Source of the DNA: Actinomycetota bacterium
GTDB taxonomy: Bacteria; Actinomycetota; Actinomycetes; Actinomycetales; Dermatophilaceae
Assembly: GCA_039934065.1 (NCBI GenBank)
Contig: JBDTMW010000001.1
Location: 1-45,231 of the forward strand
DNA length: 45,231 nt
Direction of reading: 5' to 3'
Shown here: positions 37,971 to 45,231 of the stretch, one piece after another
Numbering within the stretch: the first letter of the stretch is position 1
How the letters are laid out: each line of letters opens with the position of its first letter
Notes under the pieces: model-generated
The model's input: only the letters and a program-made list of their open reading frames with translations
Database searches by the model: none
What the model was told of the DNA's origin: nothing
Made by a program: the position numbers and the translations under genes

Positions 37971-39155
37971 TTAGTCGAGGGAGATCTTCACCACCTCGCC
38001 CGTTGGACCACCACCGTTGTTGGCGGGCATGATGCTCCAGTTGGAGACGTATACCGCGTCGTCGTGGTACGCGAATCCCGAGGGGAAGGACAGCTTGCCG
38101 GCGCCGAGCGTGGTGCGGTGGCCGTTCGGGGCCACCTTGATGACATCGCCGCTGGGGTCGTCTCCGAACATTCCATTGGCCTGGAACTCGGTGGCATAGA
38201 AGTTACCCTCGTGGTCGAACCCGCAGCCCTGTATGCCGGTGAAGCCGGTCCACTTGACCGTCGCCGTGCCGTCAGCGATGCGCCACACCCGCGCATTTCC
38301 TGCCGCATAGTGGCCGCCGAGGAGTTCACCTACGTAGAGGGAGCCGTCGGGTGCCTTCGCGACGCAGGTGGGGACCGAGTCTGTCTCGGAACCGTCGGGG
38401 ACCTGGAGGTAGGCCAGTGTCGAGACGCGTCCGCGGTTGTCGACCTTGGCAATGAGGTTAGCGCCGGCGTCGGCCACGTATTGGGTCCGGCCGCTGGTCG
38501 CGATGCCGTTGGGGTTTGCGTCCGGGAACTGGTCAGGCTGCAGGTTCTTGTGGTCGTTGGTCCACGCGTAGTCGGTGTCCCCGGTGCTCGCCAGCACGCT
38601 CCACGAGCCGTCGCCGTTGATGGCGATTGTCCGACCCAGCTGAGCCCTGGCGGCGTCGACGACAGGTCCCGGGGGTGCCTCTGGCGGGATGCCGGCGCTG
38701 CTGGCCGACATCTGACCGTAGATGCGGTGGCCCTGGGTGGAGACCGCGGCGAGACCCCCAGCGGCGGTCCCGTCCGGCGACGCCACCGAGATCAGGTGGT
38801 CGACGACCTTGGTCTGCTTGCCGTGTGAGAGCTTGGTCATGCCGCTGGTCAGCCCGGCGCACGCGGGCCCTTCCGGCCCGTCGCCCAGGCAGACGTCCCC
38901 GCCGTGACCCGCTTCGGCGATGTAGAGGTCGCCGTGCGGGCCGAAGGCCAAGCCTCGAGGGTTGTCGAGGCCTACGGCGACGACAGTCACGGTCCCTTCG
39001 TTGTCGGCTCTCGTCTGGTCGGCATGGACCGGGCTGGCAGCCAGGAGGCTGCCGGCCGCGAAGAGGCCGATGGCAGCGGAGGCGCTCGTGGTGCGACTGC
39101 GCAACGTCACAGCGCGGCTCGTGAAGGTCATGCGGCGACTGGTCCTGGGTTTCAT
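37971..39155 (-). CDS. Secreted ScyD/ScyE-family beta-propeller protein
   Basis: N-terminal signal (..SRRMTFTSR...ASAAIGLFAAGSLLAASPVHA/DQ). NHL/propeller-like blades follow (GLDNPRGLAFGPHGDLYIAEAG, NPNGIATSG..YVADAG, PDGSLYVGEL, GNFYATEF, FPSGFAYHDDAVYVSNWS). GGAG lies 7 nt upstream of ATG 39155. Confidence 0.75.
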   Translation of the reverse strand: MKPRTSRRMTFTSRAVTLRSRTTSASAAIGLFAAGSLLAASPVHADQTRADNEGTVTVVAVGLDNPRGLAFGPHGDLYIAEAGHGGDVCLGDGPEGPACAGLTSGMTKLSHGKQTKVVDHLISVASPDGTAAGGLAAVSTQGHRIYGQMSASSAGIPPEAPPGPVVDAARAQLGRTIAINGDGSWSVLASTGDTDYAWTNDHKNLQPDQFPDANPNGIATSGRTQYVADAGANLIAKVDNRGRVSTLAYLQVPDGSETDSVPTCVAKAPDGSLYVGELLGGHYAAGNARVWRIADGTATVKWTGFTGIQGCGFDHEGNFYATEFQANGMFGDDPSGDVIKVAPNGHRTTLGAGKLSFPSGFAYHDDAVYVSNWSIMPANNGGGPTGEVVKISLD

Positions 39156-39181
39156 CTAATCTCCTCATGTGGGGCGGCCTT

Positions 39182-39196
39182 AGGTAAGGCTTACCT
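39182..39196. promoter_or_regulatory. Perfect 15-nt palindrome AGGTAAG-G-CTTACCT upstream of the ScyE-like gene
   Basis: Read directly. It has 7-bp arms around one central base and lies 27-41 nt upstream of the start codon in a low-GC patch. The loop is too short for a hairpin, so it is more likely an operator. Confidence 0.35.
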
Positions 39197-39335
39197 GCTC
39201 ACGGAAGCACGGATGCCCGGGTCGCGTCACCCACCAAGAAGACGACCCAAAGGCGGATCCCAGCGGTGCGGCCTCATTCTTTGCACGTACCGGTATCCAA
39301 GCGAGCGGTAGCCCGGGATCACTTCCAGTGCATGC

Positions 39336-39590
39336 TTACTTCCAGCGGAAGTGGACGAAGACGCGGCCGAAGTTGTCGGAGTCCTTCTCGACGCGGTGGT
39401 AGAGGGCCTTGATCTCCTTCTGGTCCAGAAAGCGCAGCACGTGCTTCTTCAGTGCCCCGGAACCCTTTCCCGGGATGATCTCCACCAGGGGTGCCTTCTT
39501 GGCGACTGCTTCGTCGATGATCGCGCGAAGTGCCCGGTCTATCTCCGCGCCCTGGTTATGGATGTCATGAAGGTCCAGCTTCAGCTTCAT
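39336..39590 (-). CDS. Stand-alone Smr (MutS2 C-terminal-like) domain protein, 84 aa
   Basis: MKLKLDLHDIHNQGAEIDRALRAIIDEAVAKKAPLVEIIPGKGSGALKKHVLRFL carries the LDLHG-like and GKG motifs of Smr. GGAG lies upstream of ATG 39590. The longer track ORF is an upstream extension. Confidence 0.8.
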   Translation of the reverse strand: MKLKLDLHDIHNQGAEIDRALRAIIDEAVAKKAPLVEIIPGKGSGALKKHVLRFLDQKEIKALYHRVEKDSDNFGRVFVHFRWK

Positions 39591-39671
39591 CGAGGCATTC
39601 TCCTCGGACTCGCACCTCGTGAACGAGAATGGCTGCTGGCACGGGCTTCGGAGGAGGAGGAGAAGGAGAAC

Positions 39672-40313
39672 TTGAGCAAGCTCCGACTCTGGATCGCCAT
39701 GTCTGTGGACGGCTTCGTCGCCGGTCCCGGGCAGGACGTCAACCACCCCCTCGGCGTCGGCGGGGTGCAGCTGCATGACTGGGTGTTCCCACTTGCCGCC
39801 TGGCGCAAGCTGCAGGGGCTGCCGGGCGGCGAGGTCAACAAGAGCACCGCTGAGATCGAGGCGTCGACGGCAAACATCGGCTCAACCATCATGGGACGCA
39901 ACATGTTTGGAGGAGGCCCCGGACCGTGGAGCGACAACCCGTGGAACGGCTGGTGGGGCGAGAACCCGCCGTATCACCACCCCGTCTTCGTACTGACGCA
40001 TCATCCGCGTGAGCGGATGGTGTGCAAGGGCGGCACGACGTTCACCTTCGTCACCGACGGGATCGAGTCGGCGCTCGATCAGGCCCGGACCGCGGCAGCC
40101 GGGATGGACGTCTCACTTGCCGGGGGCGCGGCGACTGCCCGGGAGTATCTCACCGCGAACCTGGTCGACGAGATGGAGATCAACCTCGTGCCGGTCTTCC
40201 TCGGCGACGGTGAACGACTTTTCGATCAGCTGGGCGTTGGTCACCCGCGGTTCACACATGTCAGAACGGTGGCGGCGCCAGGCGTCACGCACCTCACCTT
40301 CCGCCGAGCCTGA
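39672..40313 (+). CDS. Dihydrofolate-reductase-family (RibD C-terminal domain) protein
   Basis: SKLRLWIAMSVDGFVAGP...TIMGRNMF...PVFVLTHH...VSLAGGAATAREYLTANLVDEMEINLVPVFLGDGERLF. TTG 39672 is preceded by AAGGAG. Confidence 0.8.
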   Translation: MSKLRLWIAMSVDGFVAGPGQDVNHPLGVGGVQLHDWVFPLAAWRKLQGLPGGEVNKSTAEIEASTANIGSTIMGRNMFGGGPGPWSDNPWNGWWGENPPYHHPVFVLTHHPRERMVCKGGTTFTFVTDGIESALDQARTAAAGMDVSLAGGAATAREYLTANLVDEMEINLVPVFLGDGERLFDQLGVGHPRFTHVRTVAAPGVTHLTFRRA

Positions 40314-40483
40314 TGCCACTCGCCGCTCTCTCGGTCACCGTCGTATCTACTCGCATCAGCACACGCTCACAGGGAATTTACAGGAAGTCTCAAGGTTCCT
40401 CCGAGGGTTTAGCGGTTCGCTTGGGCACAGGTGATGGAACACGGTCACTGTCCAGAAGGAGCCCCGCCCCCAAGGAGTAGTTC

Positions 40484-40801
40484 ATGTCTCACGGTCGCCA
40501 CCCGATCTGCCAGATCAGCGGCAAGATCCGTTATCGGGAGCCCAAAGACGTCAAACTCGCACTGCGACAGGCCGATCGGGAACGGTACCGGGCTCGTGTG
40601 GACGATGTGTCATCCAGCCGGCGCGAGACTCACGGCTACATCTGCACCGACTGCGACGGCTGGCACCTCACGTCCCAGTCAATCCGGCCGACCAGGCTGG
40701 CCCCGCTTGCTCACCTCGCGGTGCACGTCCCCGGACCCGCGGCGGAGGCGATCCGGCAGATGGCCAACGCAACCGGGCTGACAGCCGGCGTCGCCGCATG
40801 A
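40484..40801 (+). CDS. Hypothetical 105-aa Cys3-His protein (possible zinc ribbon)
   Basis: Strong RBS (AAGGAG 6 nt before the ATG). Cys9 plus C54-x2-C57-x3-H61 (ICTDCDGWHLTS), a basic N-terminal half and an Ala/Pro-rich tail. No family was recognised. Confidence 0.6.
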   Translation: MSHGRHPICQISGKIRYREPKDVKLALRQADRERYRARVDDVSSSRRETHGYICTDCDGWHLTSQSIRPTRLAPLAHLAVHVPGPAAEAIRQMANATGLTAGVAA

Positions 40802-40874
40802 CGATCTGAGCCGCTCAAGACCTGGAGAACCAAGGACCTGAACCGCCACACACGCAACGAGGTGGGTATGCCGG

Positions 40875-41525
40875 TCAGCTGGCCGGTCCGGGATCGCGAC
40901 CGGCAAACTCCTCAGGTGGCAGAGACGCCAACGCGTCCTGGATTGCCGGTGGCGCCTTGACCTGGCGACGCCCGAAAGCACGCAGCAGCGCGCGAAGCTC
41001 CTCGCCGATACCGCGGGGTGGCAAGGGGATCTCGTATTCGACGGCGCCGGCCTCGCGGTCGGTGACACGAACGCCCATGCTGCTGTCGCGCAGCATGCCG
41101 AGGACGCCTTCATTGTCGGCCGCGACCAGTGCGGTGAAGTGGCCAATGCCCTCCTGGCGGGCCCGATCGGCCAGTCGGTTCAGCAGCTCGGTCCCCAGCC
41201 CTCGACGCTGCCATTCGTCGATGACGGTGACGGCAACTTCGGCTCCCTCTGGATCTTCGCCGTGCCTGATGTAGCGCGCGATGCCGAGCCCGCGGCCGTC
41301 GACCGGATCCAGTGCGCCGAGCGCCTCGTGGTCATGGTGGTCGATTTCGGTGAAGTAGCGCAGCTCCGCAGGGGTCAGTCTCGGCTTGCCGGTGAGGAAC
41401 CGCAGTTGGCGCGACTCGGCGCTCAGCCGGGCGAAGCCTTCGGCCAACAGCGGCGCATCCTCCGCCTGAACCTGTCTGATGAGGACGACCGAGCCGTCAC
41501 GCAGCAGCGCGGTGCTACCCCTCAT
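40875..41525 (-). CDS. GNAT-family N-acetyltransferase, Pat (protein lysine acetyltransferase)-like catalytic domain
   Basis: LRDGSVVLIRQVQAEDAPLLAEGFARLSAESRQLRFL...ALGALDPVDGRGLGIARYI...VIDEWQRRGLGTELLNRLADRAR. The start is ATG 41525. Confidence 0.8.
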   Translation of the reverse strand: MRGSTALLRDGSVVLIRQVQAEDAPLLAEGFARLSAESRQLRFLTGKPRLTPAELRYFTEIDHHDHEALGALDPVDGRGLGIARYIRHGEDPEGAEVAVTVIDEWQRRGLGTELLNRLADRARQEGIGHFTALVAADNEGVLGMLRDSSMGVRVTDREAGAVEYEIPLPPRGIGEELRALLRAFGRRQVKAPPAIQDALASLPPEEFAGRDPGPAS

Positions 41526-41685
41526 CGCACAGCCGGATGAGAACGGTGCCGCCACCTGCCATGACACCCAGCGCCCGGTTGGTCGTCATACCCTCTTCTA
41601 TTCGTTCGGTTCCGGTTCGATGCCCAGCATGTCAAGGCCTCGCCCCTGAGGTCAGGACGACACCCCGCGTGGCGCTGCCGGCGTC

Positions 41686-42321
41686 TCAAGGCGACTGGCC
41701 GTAGTCAGTCACCGCACCGGCGACCGCGTCGAACTCAGGCACAGTGAGCAACCGGGGCTGGCCCAGAGCCTTGGCCTCGCAGTAGATCCGGCACAACCAC
41801 TCCAGATAGGTGCTCCGGGAGTACGCCTTGGCGAGAGTGTCCCCATAGGTTGTCGCCCCATGGTTCTGAAGCAGGACGCCGTACCGGTCCTTCATCGCCG
41901 TGATGCAGTTCCTGGCCAGTTCTTCAGTGCCGAACGGGGCATACGGCGCGACCCTGACAGGCCCTCCCAGGAGAGCCAGCATGTAGTGGATCCGTGGAAC
42001 CTCGTCGACAATGGTTCCCAGAACCGTGGCGTAGAGGGGGTGCGTGTGGACGACAGCCAGCGCGTCGGTGTTCTGGTAGACGACGGTGTGCATCGGCACT
42101 TCCGTTGACGGGTTGTCCGGCCCGTCGACGTGCCTGCCGTCAAGGGTGATGACGCAGATGTCCTCCGGCACCAGCGTCTCGTAGTCCACGCCACTCGGCG
42201 TGATGGCGATGTTCTCGCCGACCCGGACGCTGACGTTGCCCGACGTTCCCACCGTGAGCCCGTCCTTGAGCATCCGCAGGCAGAACTCAATGATCAGCTC
42301 GCGTTCCTTCTGCATGCGCAT
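41686..42321 (-). CDS. Class II aldolase/adducin-family protein; probable methylthioribulose-1-phosphate dehydratase by context
   Basis: ..GTSGNVSVR...ITPSGVDYE...EVPMHTVVY...AVVHTHPLYAT...LLQNHGATTYG carries the zinc-His motifs of the family. It is divergent from mtnA. GGAG lies 5 nt before ATG 42321. Confidence 0.75.
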   Translation of the reverse strand: MRMQKERELIIEFCLRMLKDGLTVGTSGNVSVRVGENIAITPSGVDYETLVPEDICVITLDGRHVDGPDNPSTEVPMHTVVYQNTDALAVVHTHPLYATVLGTIVDEVPRIHYMLALLGGPVRVAPYAPFGTEELARNCITAMKDRYGVLLQNHGATTYGDTLAKAYSRSTYLEWLCRIYCEAKALGQPRLLTVPEFDAVAGAVTDYGQSP

Positions 42322-42413
42322 TGGGTCTCCCTTTCCTGGTCTCACGAGAGCATGCCCTATCCCAGCTCCGACACGGGTGCAGGGACGTTCACTGCATACG
42401 TCACACTGGCTCG

Positions 42414-43595
42414 ATGGTGCGGTCGATTGAGTGGGTGGACGATCCGAGACCGATGATCAGGCTCATCGACCAGACTCTGTTGCCGGGCACGGAGCAGTAC
42501 ATCGACGTCACGACGGTCGACGTCCTGGTCGAGTCGATCGAGCGGCTCGTGATCCGCGGCGCGCCGGCTCTCGGAGCGGCGGGGGCGCTGGGGGTGGCCC
42601 TTGCCATGGTCCAGGCCGCCGATGAGAGCTGGGACGCGGCGAGGCTTGATACCGAGATCGACAAGATCCGTGATGCCCGTCCCACAGCGGTCAACCTCGC
42701 CTGGGGTGTGAACCAGGTCAGGGGGTCGGTCCCGTCCGGGACGGCAACGGCCCTCCGGCTCGCACGGCAGGTCGTGGCCGACGATGAGGCCGCGAACCGG
42801 CAGCTCTCCAAGCATGGCGCCGACTGGATCCTTGCGCACGTGGCCAAGGAGAAGGTGAGGGTCGTCACGCACTGCAACAGCGGCGCGCTGGCCACCAGCG
42901 CGTGGGGCACGGCATACGGAATCATCCACGAGCTGCACCAACGCGGGCGCCTGGGTCTGGTCTATGCCGATGAGACACGACCGCTGCTACAAGGTGCGCG
43001 ACTGACCAGCTGGGAGCTGCTGAACGACGGGATCGAGCATGTGGTGCAGGCTGACAGCGCAGCCGCGAGCACCATCCTGCGAGGTCTGGTCGACGTCGCG
43101 ATCATCGGGGCCGACCGCATCGCCGCGAACGGTGACACGGCGAACAAGGTCGGTTCGGTGAGCCTGGCCCTGGCCTGTCAGCGAGCAGGGATCCCCTTCG
43201 TCGTGGCAGCGCCGTCTTCCACGGTCGACCTGACCATCGCACGAGGCGAGGACATCGTCATCGAGGAAAGGGACGAGGACGAAGTGCTCTGCCTGGGCGG
43301 GGTGCGGACCGCCCCCGCGGGGGCCAGGGGCTTCAACCCGGCATTCGATGTCACCCCGCATGACCTGATCAGCATCGTCGTGACCGAGCTGGGCGTGGCC
43401 GAGACGGGGGTCGAGCACTTCCTTGCTAAGGGCCATGTCGCCGCGGGCACCTCCGGTGAGGTGGAGCCGGGCAAGCGACACGTCTTCGGCTGGGGCTGGG
43501 AAGGCAGCGAGGCTGCGACGTATGACGTCCGCTTGCCGGGAGGAACGATGACGATCGGTGCCTCCCGGTGGCGGCACGGTCAGCGGGGCACGTAA
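42414..43595 (+). CDS. mtnA: S-methyl-5-thioribose-1-phosphate isomerase
   Basis: IRLIDQTLLPG...IRGAPALGAAGALG...ARPTAVNLAWG...VTHCNSGALATSAWGTAYG...ADETRPLLQGARLT...IIGADRIAANGDTANKVG...FNPAFDVTP. An unusual ~60-aa C-terminal tail follows. Confidence 0.9.
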   Translation: MVRSIEWVDDPRPMIRLIDQTLLPGTEQYIDVTTVDVLVESIERLVIRGAPALGAAGALGVALAMVQAADESWDAARLDTEIDKIRDARPTAVNLAWGVNQVRGSVPSGTATALRLARQVVADDEAANRQLSKHGADWILAHVAKEKVRVVTHCNSGALATSAWGTAYGIIHELHQRGRLGLVYADETRPLLQGARLTSWELLNDGIEHVVQADSAAASTILRGLVDVAIIGADRIAANGDTANKVGSVSLALACQRAGIPFVVAAPSSTVDLTIARGEDIVIEERDEDEVLCLGGVRTAPAGARGFNPAFDVTPHDLISIVVTELGVAETGVEHFLAKGHVAAGTSGEVEPGKRHVFGWGWEGSEAATYDVRLPGGTMTIGASRWRHGQRGT

Positions 43596-43637
43596 GGACG
43601 CCTTTCATCGCCATCCCGATCAGTCCGTAGCCAGCCA

Positions 43638-44198
43638 TCACTCAGGCGTCGCAACGCCATTGGTTCGCGGCGCGTTGGTTTCTGAATCGCCGTTTGAGCC
43701 CAGGGACGCCAGCCAAAACAGACAGAGCGACCCCGCGGCAGCGACCGCTTCCGCGATAGCGCTGATGGTCTTCTCGGGGTACCAGATGGGGTCATACATG
43801 TCAGGCACTGGACCGAACCCGCCGATGTCGAAATAGCCGTAGAGCAGTACCGCACCCAAGCCGCCCGCCGCAATCAGGAAGGCCACCACCGCCCCAAGGC
43901 GGTGTCGGGTCAGCAGCACCAGCGGCATCGCAATCAGGGCCAGAATGGACTCGAGACGGAATAGCTCCCCTTGGCTGATGTGTGGGCTCGCGGCCCCCTG
44001 GACGCCGTCAAAGCCCGGGGCAAGGTGCCAGTGGACGTAGGCGTCGATGCCCAGTCCGGTAGCCACCACGAAGGCCAGCAACCTGTGGGTGGCCCTGGAA
44101 GCCGTTCGACGCGAAGGGGTCCGGCCCTCGGTGGTTGATCCGGGGCCAGGCGTGCGCACGTCGGCGGCATCAGGGTTTGGGTGTGCGCGGCGAGACAT
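43638..44198 (-). CDS. Hypothetical integral membrane protein (4 TM), operonic with the cupredoxin lipoprotein
   Basis: The start lies 6 nt after the cupredoxin stop. There is a basic/Pro-rich N-terminus and then four hydrophobic helices (LLAFVVATGLGIDAYV, ILALIAMPLVLL, AVVAFLIAAGGLGAVLLYGY, ISAIAEAVAAAGSLCLFWLA). Confidence 0.7.
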   Translation of the reverse strand: MSRRAHPNPDAADVRTPGPGSTTEGRTPSRRTASRATHRLLAFVVATGLGIDAYVHWHLAPGFDGVQGAASPHISQGELFRLESILALIAMPLVLLTRHRLGAVVAFLIAAGGLGAVLLYGYFDIGGFGPVPDMYDPIWYPEKTISAIAEAVAAAGSLCLFWLASLGSNGDSETNAPRTNGVATPE

Positions 44199-44204
44199 GG
44201 CGAG

Positions 44205-44636
44205 TCAGCCGACCGTGATCCTCATATCCATGCCCCTGTCCTTGTGGCTGTCAACGGAGCACCACAGCTCGTATGACCCCTTCTGCAGCGAGACCGTGAC
44301 GGAGCCTGACTGTCCGCCCTGCAATGTCGGCGAGGCCATCTTGTCGACCCCGGGACCCTCGATGGTCAGGTCGTGGGGAAGCGAACCCTGGTTCTTGACC
44401 GTGAAGGTATAGGTCCCCGCTGTGAAGGACGTCTTGTCCAAGGTGATCGAGAACTCCGTTTCCATCACGCCGACGGCGGTGCCCACGGGCGCGGCTGATG
44501 AGGGTTCAGTTGCCCCTGCCGGCGGGGTCGTGGCAGTGGTGCTGCTCGTGTTCACGCCGCCGCAGGCGCCGAGCAAGAGAACAACCATCGCCGCGGTCAC
44601 GGCGCGCACTGCCGCGGTATGCGCTGAATTGGTCAC
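44205..44636 (-). CDS. Cupredoxin (type-1 copper, plastocyanin/azurin-like) lipoprotein
   Basis: GGAGG lies 6 nt before GTG 44636. Lipobox LLLGAC. A Thr/Pro linker is followed by a cupredoxin domain with ligands His (LPHDL) and C-x4-H-x4-M (WCSVDSHKDRGM). Confidence 0.8.
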   Translation of the reverse strand: MTNSAHTAAVRAVTAAMVVLLLGACGGVNTSSTTATTPPAGATEPSSAAPVGTAVGVMETEFSITLDKTSFTAGTYTFTVKNQGSLPHDLTIEGPGVDKMASPTLQGGQSGSVTVSLQKGSYELWCSVDSHKDRGMDMRITVG

Positions 44637-44810
44637 CGGACACCTCCCATGTTTGGCACTCCCCTTAATACGGGCCGGGCCGCGGTGAGGTTCAAGGTCC
44701 ACGACCGTCTGAGTGAACAGGTCCAGCACCGGGCTCGAACAACCATGGACAGATGCAGAAGGAGCGACCACGATTGGATGGTCCACCGAGAACCACGAGA
44801 GGTCGTCGTC

Positions 44811-45017
44811 ATGAGCGTGTACCGAGTGATCGATGTGATCGGGACGAGTTCGTCATCCTGGGAGGAGGCGGCCGCAGAGGCCATCACCACGGCGCGGGGG
44901 TCGGTGCGTGATATCCGAGTGGCCGAGGTAACCAAACAGGACATCGTCGTCGGTGACGCTGGGGAACTGGTCTACCGGACCAAGATCCAGCTGTCGTTCA
45001 AGTACGAGTCGGAGTAA
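44811..45017 (+). CDS. Dodecin-family flavin-binding protein (68 aa)
   Basis: MSVYRVIDVIGTSSSSWEEAAAEAITTARGSVRDIRVAEVTKQDIVV..GELVYRTKIQLSFKYE is the canonical dodecin sequence pattern. Confidence 0.85.
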   Translation: MSVYRVIDVIGTSSSSWEEAAAEAITTARGSVRDIRVAEVTKQDIVVGDAGELVYRTKIQLSFKYESE

Positions 45018-45095
45018 GGCCCCCACCTCAGCTGGCTCGGCGGACGCGGGCGTCGCGCCGCTTGAGGGCGCGTCGTTCGTCCTCCGGGAGAACGC

Positions 45096-45231
45096 CTACA
45101 CGCCCGCGTCCAGGCCGTTGTCGATGGCCCAGTTCACGCCTGCCTCCACGACCTCGCATGCCTCCACGACCTCGCATGCCTCCACGACCCTGCATGCCTC
45201 CACGACCCTGCATGATGCAACCTTCTTGTGG
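45096..45231 (-). CDS. 3' end of an unidentified gene (5' outside window) whose C-terminus carries Cys-containing hexapeptide repeats
   Basis: The frame with G-rich first and GC-rich third codon positions reads ...KKVASCRVVEACRVVEACEVVEACEVVEAGVNWAIDNGLDAGV, with the stop TAG as the reverse complement of 45096-45098. It has no Met in the window, so it is absent from the ORF track. Confidence 0.45.
   Translation of the reverse strand, partial: HKKVASCRVVEACRVVEACEVVEACEVVEAGVNWAIDNGLDAGV
45142..45213. repeat. Four tandem copies of an 18-nt unit (gcctccacgacctcgcat x2, gcctccacgaccctgcat x2)
   Basis: Read directly. Units span 45142-59, 45160-77, 45178-95 and 45196-213. Copies 1 and 2 are identical, as are copies 3 and 4. 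The two pairs differ only by tc versus ct. Confidence 0.95.

Noticed and set aside
39351-39671. 5' extension of the RibD_C ORF, and the 146-aa extension of the Smr ORF (39591-39776)
   Set aside because: Each overlaps the other gene on the opposite strand. Family similarity starts at the shorter coordinates, which also have SD sequences.
45028-45213. 61-aa ORF MQGRGGMQGRGGMRGRGGMRGRGG...
   Set aside because: In the repeat region its third-position GC is only about 50 percent, while another minus-strand frame shows the first- and third-position bias of real genes here. It is most likely an artefact of the tandem repeat.

Overview
High-GC (actinobacterial-type) chromosomal window read by eye, without any homology search. 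All family names come from motif recognition, and most start codons are uncertain by a few codons. Content from left to right: (1) The decayed right-hand edge of an integrated element (about 1-1760, visibly lower GC). It holds the C-terminal tip of an RHS/YD polymorphic toxin, a two-TM candidate immunity gene, RHS debris, short direct repeats and a 42-nt tRNA 3'-half that looks like an att scar. (2) A 10.4-kb gene (1825-12186, minus strand) for a roughly 3,450-aa Sec-signal protein. Its C-terminal ~1,100 aa are RTX-type GGxGxD calcium-binding repeats, and no type I secretion genes are nearby. (3) Housekeeping and accessory genes: DUF2254, a dienelactone-hydrolase-like remnant, DUF4352, a dipeptide epimerase and a DinB-like protein. 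(4) A ferric-reductase-like / FMN-binding / ApbE flavinylation operon divergent from an OmpR-type two-component system. (5) An ~11-kb DosR/DosS-type hypoxia island (24.0-35.3 kb). It has a split regulator and heme-GAF kinase, four USP genes, an Hrp1-like CBS protein, a PNPOx-fold protein, ppdK and an ACT-malic enzyme. GGGAC-N4-GTCCC-like palindromes sit in its promoter regions. (6) fadD, a ScyE-like propeller, Smr, a RibD_C reductase, a Pat-like GNAT, mtnB/mtnA, a cupredoxin lipoprotein operon and dodecin. The window ends in a partial gene carrying a perfect 18-nt x4 coding tandem repeat. I found no intact tRNA or rRNA, no CRISPR array, and no transposase or integrase. The most unusual items are the giant Sec-signal RTX protein, the RHS tip with a membrane-type immunity partner, and the split Dos island with its candidate operator sites.
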